DNA from: Heptranchias perlo
Taxonomy: Eukaryota
Length of the DNA stretch: 64,000 nt
Assembly: GCF_035084215.1 (NCBI RefSeq)
Contig: NC_090355.1
Coordinates: 21,824,001-21,888,000, forward strand
Direction of reading: 5' to 3'
Shown here: in pieces, positions 13,850-26,100 of the stretch
Position numbering within the stretch: the first letter of the stretch is position 1
Layout: the number at the start of each line of letters is the position of its first letter
Position numbers and translations under genes: made by a program
The notes under the pieces: generated by a model
What the model saw: only the letters and a program-made list of their open reading frames with translations
What the model was told of the DNA's origin: nothing
Databases searched by the model: none

Positions 13850-14609
13850 TGAGAATCCCTATGTGGTCAGTTTTCAGTAAAATATTAAGATGCCTACGTG
13901 GCAAAGAAGCAGAATGCAAAATGGTTAGAAAGGGTTAATTAGTTAGTAACTGAGATTGGTACAGGTGGCCTGGCCTCCTGCTGGGCCATATGTTTGCGTA
14001 GTCAGCAGGTTTGCATTGTCTTATCAATGAAGAGTCTTTGATGTGATTCAAGGACTGGTCTGAATGTCTCCATGTTTATGGCAGATCAATATAGGTAACG
14101 AGCTTAGCCAAAGTTGTAAACAATTTTACAACACCAAGTTATAGTCCAGCAATTTTATTTTAAATTCACAAGCTTTCGGAGACTTCCTCCTTCCTCAGGT
14201 AAATGCCAAAGTTGAAAGACATTCCAAGTTGGGAGATAAGGAACAGAAAAGAACATTCCAGGTTGGAAGGTGAGGAAGTATCCCCTTTGATGTCTAACAG
14301 CAGCATGATCAGCACATGGACGATCTATGATTGGCCGGCAATAATGTAACTTCGCATGGCAACCTATGCCCGGCTTATGATTGGTGTTGACCCTCGTTAA
14401 GTATGTTCCAACCCCTATTGATCTGTATAAAAACATGTGGATTTCTGTATGTTTCTTGTTCTTGCTCTGCCAGCATAGAGGGACTCTATCAGGAGTCCAA
14501 ATCAATGCTGCAGACTAAGAACCCTGCTATTAAAGTTGTGTTGAACTTTAAAATGTATTCGAATCAGTTTTTACTGAACCAGACTGAGGGGAAAGAATCC
14601 GGATCGTCA
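13850..14609 (+). mobile_element. Solo LTR copy 1 (TG...CA, 4-bp TSD TTTT), containing an 88-bp nested insertion
   Basis: Ends TGAGAATCC...GGATCGTCA form an imperfect inverted repeat; TATAAAA at about 14426 and ATTAAA at about 14529; highly similar to 15405-16077. Confidence 0.85.
14117..14204 (-). mobile_element. Penelope-like 3'-terminal fragment with minimal hammerhead motif; 10-bp TSD GCCAAAGTTG
   Basis: Absent from the sister LTR; flanked by GCCAAAGTTG at 14107-14116 and 14205-14214; homologous to 29082-29167. Confidence 0.8.
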
Positions 14610-15404
14610 TTTTAAAACAAACATTCTCTTTATAAAAAGAAAACTTCTAGTTATGGAAAACCATGATTGAAGCCATGCTTGGTGCTCCTGATGCAAATAA
14701 AATTAAGTCAGTCAATAGGAGTATTTCTGAAAGGTTATCCGAAAGCTTTCGGACCATGTCAAACTACTAACTCAACTGGCATGGGAATTATGGCATTCAG
14801 CATTCTCGGTGGGGTCCACAAAGCATACTGGAGTTTGGCCAATACTGGTTTGTATTCATCTATAGCAATTTAACTAATTTAGTTAGTAAATTAGCTATGC
14901 AACTTAAATCCTGTCTGTTGATACTGAAAATATTTTTCTTCTATACAAAAAAACTGAAACTAAGCATGCTGGTTAAGTCTCTTTTTAGGGTACTAAACGA
15001 TGGCATGATAGCAAATAATGACTTGTGTTATTTTCACAATCTCTAGCAGTGTTGATTTTGCTGCACTGCGACATTTATACAGGTCCTTTAACAATCTCAC
15101 CTGACAAAGCAAAGTCTCCACTCAATAATGTCACAAAACAAAGGCCGACCAATATAGAACATAACCTAAACGCTCATCACCATGGTAACCATCTATTATT
15201 CCATACATAAAACAAACACATTTTACAAGCCGTTTTTCCACTCCCTTCACAAATACAAACACAGACATAGTGCACTACTGGACACAGAAGTGAGTGTCAT
15301 CTTCAGGTAAGACTAAACCAGTACAGATATTTATGAAACAAATCCAGCAATATACCACGACCAGTGCAACAGGTTTTATTTATCACTCTTTGAGGAGCTG
15401 CCAC

Positions 15405-16077
15405 TGAGAATCCCTACATGGTCAGTTTTCGGTAAAATATTAAAATGCCTACGTGGCAAAGAAGCAGAATGCAAAATGGTTAGAAAGGGTTAATTAGTTA
15501 GTAACTGAGATTGATACAAGTGGCCTGGCCCTCCTGCTGGGCCATATGTTTGCTTAGTCAGCAGGCCTGCATTGTCTTATCAATGATAGGTCTTTGATGT
15601 GAGTCAAGGACTGGTCTGGATGTCTCCATGTTCATGGCAGATCAATATAGGTAACGAGCTTAGCCAAAGTTGAAAGACATTCCAGGTTGGGAGATAAGGA
15701 ACAGAAGGAACAGGGAAGAACATTCCAAGTTGGAAAGTGAGGAAGTTATCCCCTTTGATGTCTAACAGCAGCATGATCAGCACATGGACGATTTATGATT
15801 GGCCGGAAATAATGTAACCTCGCATGGCAACCTATGCCCGGCTTATGATTGGTGTTGACCCTCGTTAAGTATGTTCCAACCCTATTGATTTGTATAAAAA
15901 CGTGTGGATTTCTGTATGTTTCTTGTTCTTACTCTGCCAGCATAGAGGGACTCTATCAGGAGTCCAAATCAATGCTGCAGACTAAGAACCCTGCTATTAA
16001 AGATGTGTTGAACTTTAAAATGTATTCGACTTCAGTTATTACTGAACCAGACTGAGGGGAAAGAATCCGGATCGTCA
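15405..16077 (+). mobile_element. Solo LTR copy 2 (TG...CA, 4-bp TSD CCAC)
   Basis: CCAC at 15401-15404 and 16078-16081; same termini, TATA and poly(A) signal as copy 1. Confidence 0.88.
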
Positions 16078-18774
16078 CCACCATTACAAATACTTCAAGT
16101 TTTCAAAATTCCGACATTACAACATTTCATCACTTTTCTGGCTCCCCATTCTTTCCCCTTACAAAAACACAAAGCTGAAATTTAGTAGCAGTGCAAAGTT
16201 TAGAAGTCTTGAAACCTTCATGAAAACAACTGATTCATTAGTGGACACACAATCAGTCTTACATGTGCAAATATAGGTTGCATTTCATTGCAAAGTATTC
16301 ATTATTATTCACAAGTGACTGCAGCTATAAAGCAATTTATCAAACATGATGTGCTTTGGAATGTTTGATAAGCATAATAAGGTTCTATATAAATAGAAGA
16401 TTTCTTTCTGAAAATTGCTTGAAATTTGAACCTACGATACTGCGACAGCCAGACCTCACAAAACAAAAAAAATCAGTAGTGGCTGTATCCTGTCCTCCAG
16501 ACTAGCAGCTGCATGATAAATTTCTTCTTAGAAATTAAAGAATGTGAAGTGAATTTGGGCAGTCCCAAACCAATTCCTAATGGGTGCAGTCCCACAGTAC
16601 AAAACTGCTTCTAACCAGCATAAATTTGGCAATATTTCAGAGTGGCTACAAGGATGACTGGTGTAGGAAATGGAAAAATGTCACTGGTGCAATAGTAATA
16701 ATCTAAAATTGGGGGATGAGTCATACTGTTGGGAGTGGAATAAAGGGAAATTATCTCTGCATTTGGGTCAGGTACAACCTGGTAAGATAGTGTCCAAAAA
16801 GGAACTTGTTCCAGTTCCCCATTGTTCGCAACCTTGACAGGCACAAAATTAAGATAATTTCACACTCCACATCAAGACGTGCAAAATTAGTTACTTGGAT
16901 GTGTTTTAGCCAATTGTCTAATTACATGTGCACTTAGGTTACACCATGGGATACCAGCATATGACCACTTGACGCCTTTGCCATAAACTTTTGCTATTTT
17001 AGCAAAAGCATTAACCCATTTATTATGAAAAGGTTAACACCTTTGGTAAAGTAGCAGAGAAATTTCAGTCTAATGTGTTACGTGTTCATATAGTAGAATC
17101 AAGAAATGTAATTTCAACGCCAGTTCCAGAGAAATTTTAATCTCAGCAATCCTTCAAGGTAAACATTACCGAGATTGGTGCTTTGTATTCCGAATTCACC
17201 ACAACCCAAAAATACTAGTGTTTGGATTTCCAAATCATATTTTGGATTTGTCAGATCAATATCAAACTAAAAGTCCTGACAATTCCTTATCTTGTTTCCA
17301 AAATGTTCCATTGATTTCATATCGTAGCATAATCCTTGCTAATTTTAGTGGGTTTTTTTTTAAAATTGATTTCGGAGGAAGAGGTTGAAGGTAAAAGCAG
17401 AGTTCAGCACATGCATCCACCGAGCTCAAATGGAAGACGCAGCAAGGTGCAACCAGCAGTGTAATGCATGTCCGGCTATACAGATAGCAGTCAGTCAGAG
17501 GATGGTATCGATCACAAAAACAACCAAAGAATTTACTTCATTGATGAACAGCAATAAAATCTTTAGGTAGGAAAAGCTTGGTTGACCTAAACTGTTGGTG
17601 TAATTAAGCTATTGCAGCTTTAAGAATTCAGCAATATACCTTAAGCACAAGAAAAATTTCAGTCAAATAATTCTACTTCTATGGAAATATTGTTCAGATG
17701 CAGTATATTTTACTCAGTTCAGAAAGGGTAGGAAGAGTTCGACACTGTTACAAACCAGCATTCCACGTAACCAAGTGGTAACACATGGTTTGCAGTGTTA
17801 AGACAGTATTATCAATGGTTTGAAATGACAAATCTTCAGAATGACATTTTCTTTCCTGCTGGATGACAAGCTTGTAATTGAATAATCTAATTTGACGGGC
17901 AGTGACCTTGTATCATGTGACTGGATACACAATACTAGGCTTTAATTTTCCCAACCATACAGGGTATCACAAATATAGATTTTACTTGTTTAATTGTCAA
18001 ATGGTGGCTGACAATTAAGAGACAGATTGTTTAATGCCATATCAGATTGGTTTGCTGATTTAAATTGCTGAAGGTTCTATTGATATAATAGCAAACTTTC
18101 GTTTAACTAGAATGAGCTACAGTTGGATCTACTGTGTTTGTCAGGAAACATACATTAAACAAATCTTAGACAATAAAAAATTTTCCTCATGAGAACATGA
18201 GCTTAATCTGTATATACTCATTGTAAATGTTGCTTTTAAGTTTATGAACTGCAATTTAATTATATGTTTGTCTGATTATCTGACTTCAGACAAAGTGAGT
18301 GATTAAAATTAGTAAATTAAAATGCACAGCCATTCTTGAAACTTGTGGTTACATATTAAACACTTTTAACTCACTGTTCAAAAGGACATGATCAGTCAAT
18401 ACCAAGAGTGATTTTGAACATCTGACTTTTTTTGATCAATTGTGCACAGAACAGATTTGGGGAAAAAAAGTTATATTTAAGGGTTGTGTTTTAAAGAAAG
18501 ATGCATTCACACACGTTGAAAAAGGGTACTGGGAAAGGTGGTTAAAAAGGCCAATTTTCCCCAAAGACTGAAAGAATAATTTGTTAGGTTGTCTCAGTAA
18601 TTGATAAAACATCACGCCCATTCTGTTGGAGTGCCTTGCATAAGTCTTGCTCAGGTGGTGAACTCATGAAAAAAAACAAATTGACTTCCCATGCATCGGT
18701 CAGGTTTTTTTTTAAAAAAGAGAAAGCTGCAATGGCAGGCATTTTCCAGACTGAAAAGGAAGATAATTAGGAAT

Positions 18775-19270
18775 CAATCTCACCTCTGAGTCAGTAGGTT
18801 GTGGGGTCAAGTCCCACTCCAGAGACTTGAGCACAAAATCTAGGCTAACACTCCAATGCAGTATTGAGGGAGTGCGGCACTGTCAGAGGTGCTGACTTTT
18901 GGATGAGACGGTAAACCGAAGCCCCATCTGCCCTCTCAGAAGGACGTAAAAGATTCCGTGGCACTATTTCAAGGAAGAGCAGGGGAGTTCTCCCCAGCGT
19001 CCAGGCCAATATTTATCCCTCAATCAACACTATTAGAATCATAGAAAAGGTTACAGCATGAAAAAGGAGGCCATATGGCCCTTAGAGTCCATGCCATTAA
19101 AACAGATTTTCTGGTCAATATCTCATCCCTGTTTATGTGTATTTACTATGCGCAAATTGGATGCAGTGTTTCCTACAGTGACAACACTTCAAAAGTACTT
19201 CATTGGTTGTAGAGCACTTTGAGACAGCTTGAGGTAGTGAAAGGCACTAGAGAAACACAAGTTCTTTCTT
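18775..19270 (+). mobile_element. Deu-domain SINE (SacSINE1/AmnSINE1-like) with a short nested CR1-tail insertion at about 19033-19095
   Basis: tRNA-like head, central GGATGAGACG..AAACCGA...GAAGAGCAGGGGAGTTCTCCCC domain, L2-like tail. Confidence 0.8.
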
Positions 19271-21740
19271 AGTTTCATCTTTTTCCTTTTGTGCCTCTTG
19301 CTTTTCAAAAGAAAAGCTTAGTCAAATCATGTAGCAGGAAACTACATTTAACAAGTTATCAGATTACTGCAGATAAATGTAATAGTGAACTCTCCAATCA
19401 CTCAAATCTACAAAATGATAATCCAGAAAAGTATAACCGCCCTAAACCCGCAATTAAAAATTAGCCAGGTTTCTTGCCCCGAATGTCACACAGCTAATGT
19501 TGGAATTGTTTGGGTGAGGACTGGAACAGACTCTGCTGTAATATGGTCCACAGTTTGATTATTTGAAGACAGACACTCACTTGTCATATGAATAACGGGT
19601 ACTTTGGTGTAGCACCAGACAATGGCTGCTGCTTATCGAGTGGCACGAAAGCCAATTGTAGCATTTTGCCAATGTCCCAAAATCACCTAAGTCAGCACAG
19701 ACCAGGAAACTTATTGGTCTGCATGACTCAAGGAGGAGGAGCCAGGCAATTACTTTCATTTTTAGTGTCACTTGCTTCTCAGAGAAAAGCTTAATCAAAT
19801 AGTTTACTCTTTCATGAACCCCAAAATGACATAAAAATGAAGCACATGCACTCTGCTTGGATGAGGTGGGGGAAAAGGAGGCTAATTTGTTATAAAAAAA
19901 ATACTTCTTGAAATAGCAGTAAAAACTCAGTAGCTGATCATTCTTCCCAACTACCTGCAGTTTAAAGAAATTCTAGAATTACTACAATTGCATTTCATGT
20001 GTTTTATACTAGCAGATTTTATCAACATTGCATAAGGATTTCTCCCCCTCCTTGCCATGACCTCTCAGGCATATCCTAAACTCTGGCAAAGTATATAGAT
20101 AGACAACTGCAGCACTGGCTTTTTGCCAACACTACAGTCTGTCAGGCCAAAGACTGAACCTCTTCCTGTTTGGCACCTTAGTATTTTGTCTGATCCAAGA
20201 TGGGTATCCCCAGATGGCAAGTAGCCAAAGTGCAAGTGTTAGTCAGTTAATTAGTTAGTTAGTCAGTCTGTAGCATGACATGTTAAGTTTGCCACCATGC
20301 TATATAGACAGCATTTGAGCTCAAATAATAATCTTATCCATGAGGAATATCTGTGCCTGCCAGTCACCACACACCAAGGTCCTGATCACAGCCCAATTGT
20401 CAATGGGAAGCCAGTAAAAGGATGCCAGGTGCTTCCACCAGGAAAAGAGATCAGGAGCAAAGAATAAAATTTACTTCCTTTTCAGGGAGCACGTAACTAC
20501 AGTAGTTGCGACAATTACCCAACTAGTCAGAAAAATTTGATTCTGAATTTTAAAATGTACACATTGCTGAAAACCATAGAACAGCACCAGACTTTTAGAA
20601 AGACTGGTTTCCTTGATTGCAAGATCAAAGTTCAGGAGTGAATATTTGAAGTTTTGCTTTTATTATTCATGGGAGACACACAGTTTCAAGTTTGAATTCC
20701 TGTGGAATCCTACCCGAGTTAAATGAACATTAACCACTTCTGAAAACGTGCAAGTTTCGTTCAACCTAAACAAGTAAACAAAGATAGCTGCTAAAAAACA
20801 CAACAATGAAAGCTACGAATGCTGATCAGAATATCTAGCCAGCCTGATCTATTTTAAATTTAGTAGATCGGAGATAATACTTAAAAATCTGTTCCAGTTA
20901 TAGTCATGTAGACAAACTCCAAAGCACCGGACAGCAACAATGTTCAAGGCTATTCAACCTTACAAGCAATAATGAAGTTAGGAAGAACAGATCATCCTTG
21001 GGGAAAAAAAAACAGTAAGCTTGATCAAAGTTAAGTTGTTAAAATTATGTACCTAGCATTTGTCTTCAAATAAGTGCAACATGTTGGTCCCAAGACAGCA
21101 CACCACAATAGCAAACTGCAGGACTGAGCCTGCAGTTTTTCATACAGCACGTTACCAATCTAAGCAACACAATTGTGGAGAAAGACAGAGCAAAAATAGG
21201 TAATGGAACGTGCTGGGGAGGCAAACGTTACATGGGGCTAGTGTCAGACTTGACACACCGAACAGCCTGTTTCAAAATTGTATTGGTAAAGGACAGACGG
21301 GTCTTCGCTGAACACGTTACCCACACCTTCAACCAGGGATGGCTCATTACCAAAACGTAAAAAAAAACGAGAAAGGGAAGCCTTTTTTAAAAAAAGGTAC
21401 AAGTTTCATCATCAACAAACCTTGAAAGACTGATGTGTGTACGCATAACTATTTCTTTCTCCAGTGTATTCAAAAAAAACTTACCAACTTTTGCATGAGA
21501 CCAAAACACTCACTTAACCATATTTTACACTTTACAGTGCCTACATCACAGCAACGGTTACATTGCTGGATCCATTGTTTTTAGAAGGAATCACCAGGAA
21601 ACAGTAAGCAACTGTTTATACTTCTTTTAAAAAATGCTCTGAACACATTGTTTTTTTCCCTGAATGATTTCAGCAGCCACATCATGTAGGCCTAACAGGA
21701 GACAAAATTCACATTTCCTTGAGCCTTGTTCCTGCGATAC

Positions 21741-22310
21741 ACAAAAATCTAAACTGCATCGAAACAACCTTAAAACAAGTCGGTCTCATTCTATTCATTA
21801 ACCTTGCTGAAATGGTACATACAAAATATTTAATTCTAATACCCTAATTGTAGTTGAAGCTGTTGCACAAAGAAATTTAACTCATCTTCACAAACACTAG
21901 CCTGGGGCCCACATGCAGGTAAAATTCCCACGAGACAACGGGCAGTTGAGAGATTGAAAGATGTGCCTCTTGCCTAAATGGTACAGGAATTAAGCAACAA
22001 AGATTTTTTGCAGTTTGGCTAATTTATTTACATAGAAAAATTAACACTTATTTAAAATTTTAAAGCTTTGGCTATCAACATTGATTTGCAGAATTCGACA
22101 GCACTTCGAAAAACAAAATAAAAAACTAGCCAAATAACATGGGCCCCAGGCTAGTGTTCGTGAAGGTGAATTAAATTTCTTTGTGCAACAGCGCCAACTA
22201 CAATTAGGTATTTTATATATACCATTTCAGTAAAGTTAAATTGAAGGTTAATGAGTAGAATGAGACCTACTTGTTTTAAGGTTGTGTTTTGATGCAGTTT
22301 GGGTTTTTTT
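21741..22310. repeat. Degenerate foldback (about 170-bp inverted arms, 21741-21914 and 22138-22310)
   Basis: For example TGTTGCACAAAGAAATTTAA and AACACTAGCCTGGGGCCC on the left are reverse complements of the right arm. Confidence 0.85.
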
Positions 22311-22719
22311 GGCTAATTATTAGCATTGCTTGGCTAATAGTTTCAAATCTATCACAGATGGACCAGAGGTAATCTTGTTGGTTCCACTGGAAAATTACTC
22401 ATTATGGAACTTGAGTGTTAAATCAGCAATGAGATGTCTGCATTGATAAGGGTTCCCATGCGTCAGCACGACTGACAAGACAACTTTGCTTCTCTGATTT
22501 AACAGTGTGATACAAGCTCAGTTATGCACACTTCAGTAACTGACACCATCTTTGTCATATGGTGCTCAGTCCTCAACTTCTAAGCTTGTACAGTAATGCA
22601 ATTTAGTGCTTGCTACAGCATTAGCATTTACTGTTGCTAAAATTACATTTTATAGAAATTTCTTTTTCACTGTGTTCATATCTGATTTTATAAATAAATT
22701 ATTTTCCTTTTATCCCCAC

Positions 22720-23070
22720 TTTCTCTCGAAGGTGAAGACTCTTGCTTGTGGTGAAGTACTATGGATCCCAACTGCCGTGCAATGCCTCATGCCAATATCT
22801 GAGCCGAGACAGTAAACGGCTGCAGGGCTTTTCAACTGTGGACTATATTTCACCCAGTCCTGTCTTCATCCAACATGAACATATTGGCAGGGGCTGTTCA
22901 ATAGTATTCAGGAGCAGGAATCCCAGCAGATATTTCCCCTCATTAATTGAAGGGCATCAAGACCTTCTGTCACATCTAGTATCAGCTAACTCAGTCCAAA
23001 GCAGGAGTAGAATCTGTGACCTTATATGTGGCGTAGTTCTACACAAGACAGCTTTGTCCACTGAGTAATC
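22720..23070 (-). mobile_element. Ancient tRNA-derived SINE; related degenerate copies at about 7230-7520, 40200-40370 and 55330-55750
   Basis: Shared TGAGTTAGCTGA, GAGGGGAAA..TC and CTCCACAGTTGAA.AGC blocks between copies. Confidence 0.55.
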
Positions 23071-23143
23071 GGGAAAGAGACCAATGTTATATTACTGTCA
23101 CTTCAGTAAAATTGAAGGTTAATGAGTGGAATGAGACCTACTT

Positions 23144-26100
23144 GTAGCATAGTGGTTATGTTACTGGACTGGTAATCCAGAGGCCTGGACTAATAATCCG
23201 GAGTCATGAGTTCAAATCCCGCCACGGCAGCTGGCAAATTTAAATTCAATTAATTAAAAAATTCAATTAATTAAATAAAAATCTGGAATTAAAATACTAG
23301 TATCAGTAACGGTGGCCATGAAACTACCGGATTGTCGTAAAAACCCATCTGGTTCACTAATGTCCTTTAGGGAAGGAAACCTGCCATCCTTATCCGGTCT
23401 GGCCTATATTTGACTCCAGACTCACAGCAATGTGGTTGACTCTTAATTGCCCTCTGAAATGGCCTAGTAAGCCACTCAGTTGTAAAATCTCGCTAAAAAA
23501 AAAGTCAAGAATAAAACCGGACTGACCACCCGGCATCAGACCACTAGGCACCAGACACGACAAAGGCAAACCAAGCCCAGTCGACCCTGCAAAGTCCTCC
23601 TCACGAACATCTGGGGACTTGTGCCAAAATTGGGAGAGCTGTCCCACAGACTAGTCAAGCAACAGCCTGACATAGCCATACTCACAGAATCATACCTTTC
23701 AGCCAACATCCCAGACTCTTCCAACACCATTCTTGGATATGTCCTGTCCCACCGGCAGGACAGACCCACCAGAGGTGGCGGTACAGTGGTATACAGTCAG
23801 GAGGGAGTGGCCCTGGGAGTCCTCAACATTGACTCTGGACCCCATGAAATCTCATGACATCAGGTCAAACATGGGCAAGGAAACCTCCTGCTGATTACCA
23901 CCTACCGCCTTCCCTCAGCTGATGAATCAGTCCTCCTCCATGTTGAACACCGCTTGGAGGAAGCACTGAGGGTAGCAAGGGCACAGAATGTACTCTGGGT
24001 GGGGGACTTCAATGTCCATCACCAAGAGTGGCTCGGTAGCACCACTACTGACCGAGTCCTGAAGGACATAGCTGCCAGACTGGGCCTGCGGCAGGTGGTA
24101 AGCGAACCAACACGAGGGAAAAACTTACTTGACCTCATCCTCACCAATCTACCTATCGCAAATGCATCTGTCCATGACAGTATCGGTAGGAGTGACCACC
24201 GCACAGTACTCATGGAGATGAAATCCCGTCTTCGCACAGAGGACACCATCCAACGTGTTGTGTGGCACTACCACCGTGCTAAATGGGATAGATTCAGAAC
24301 CGATCTAGCAGCTCAAAACTGAGCATCCATGAGGTGCTGTGGGCAATCAGCAGCAGAATTGTATTCCAGCACAATCTGTAACCTCATGGTCCGGCATATT
24401 CCTCACTCTACCATTACCAACAAGCCAGGGGATCAACCCTGGTTCAATGAGGAGTGTAGAAGAGCATGCCAAGAGCAGCACCAAGCGTATCTACAAATGA
24501 GGTGCCAACCTGGTGAAGTTACAACTCAGGACTACATGCATGCTAAACAGCAGAAGCAACTTGCTATAGACAGAGCTAAGCGATTCCACAACCAACGGAT
24601 CAGATCAAAGCTCTGCAGTCCTGCCACATCCAGTCGTGAATGGTGATGGACAATAAAACAACTAACAGGAGGAGGAGGCTCTGTCAACATCCCCATCCTC
24701 AATGATGGAGGAGTTCAGCACGTGAGTGCAAAAGACAAGGCTGAAGCATTTGCAACCATCTTCAGCCGGAAGTGCCGAGTGGATGATCCATCTCGGCCTC
24801 CTACCCATATCCCCAGCATCACAGAAGACAGTCTTCAGCCAATTTGATTCACTCCACTCGATATCAAGAAACAGCTGAGTGCACTGGATACAGCAAAGGC
24901 TATGGGCCCCGACAACATCCCAGCTGTAGTGCTGAAGACTTGTGCTCCAGAACTAGCTGCGCCTCCAGCCAAGCTGTTCCAGTACATCTACAACACTGGC
25001 AGCTACCCGACAATGTGGAAAATTGTCCAGGTATGTCTTTTCCACAAAAAGCAGGACAAATCCAATCCGGCCAATTACCGCCCCATCAGTCTACTCTCAA
25101 TCATCAGCAAAGTGACGAAGGTGTCGTCGACAGTGCTATCAAGCGGAACTTACTCACCAATAACCTGCTCACCAATGCTCAGTTCGGGTTCCGCCAGATC
25201 TGATTACAGCCTTGGTCCAAACATGGACAAAAGAGCTGAATTCCAGAGGCGAGGTGAAGTGAGAGTGACTGCCCTTGACATCAAGGCAGCATTTGACCGA
25301 GTGTGGCACCAATAAGCCCTAGTAAAATTGAAGTCAATGGGAATCAGGGGGAAAACTCTCCAGTGGCTGGAGTCATACCTGGCACAAAGGAAGATGGTAG
25401 TGGTTGTTGGAGGCCAATCATCTCAGCCCCAGGGCATTGCTGCAGGAGTTCCTCAGGGCAGTGTCCTCGGCCCAACCACCTTCAGCTGCTTCATCAATGA
25501 CCTTCCCTCCATCATAAGGTCAGAAATGGGGGTGTTCGCTGATGATTGCACAGTGTTCAGTTCCATTCGCAACCCCTCCGATAATGAAGCAGTCCGAGCC
25601 CGCATGCAGCAAGACCTGGACAACATCCAGGCTTGGGCTCATAAGTGGCAAGTAACATTTGCGCCAGATAAGTGCCAGGCAATGACCATCTCTAACAACA
25701 GAGAGTCTAACCACCTCCCCTTGACATTCAACGGCATTACCATCGCCAAATCCCCCACCATCAACATCCTGGGGGTCACCAATGACCAGAAACTTAACTG
25801 GACCAACCACAAACACTGTGGCTGCAAGAGCAGGTCAGAGGCTGGGTATTCTGCGGCGGGTGACTCACCCCCTGACTCCCCATAGCCTTTCCACCACCGA
25901 CAAGGCACAAGTCAGGAGTGTGATGGAATACTCTCCACTTGCCTGGATGAGTGCAGCTCCAACAACACTCAAGAAGCTCGACACCATCCAGGACAAAGCA
26001 GCCCGCTTGATTGGCACCTCTTCCACCACCCTAAACATTCACTCCCTTCACCACCGGCACACAGTAGCTGCAGTGTGCACCATCCACAGGATGCACTGCA

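Noticed and set aside
13850-16077. Single intact LTR retroelement or TRIM
   Set aside because: Each LTR has its own TSD, the outer flanks differ, and no PBS or PPT was seen in the spacer
16540-16610. Retroviral env motif (YCG...NWFGT)
   Set aside because: Too short, needs a frameshift, and no furin site, fusion peptide or CX6CC was found; retained only within the unknown decayed tract
23144-23230. Functional tRNA gene
   Set aside because: Duplicated anticodon arm, no clean acceptor stem, no T-run terminator, and it is fused to a retroelement
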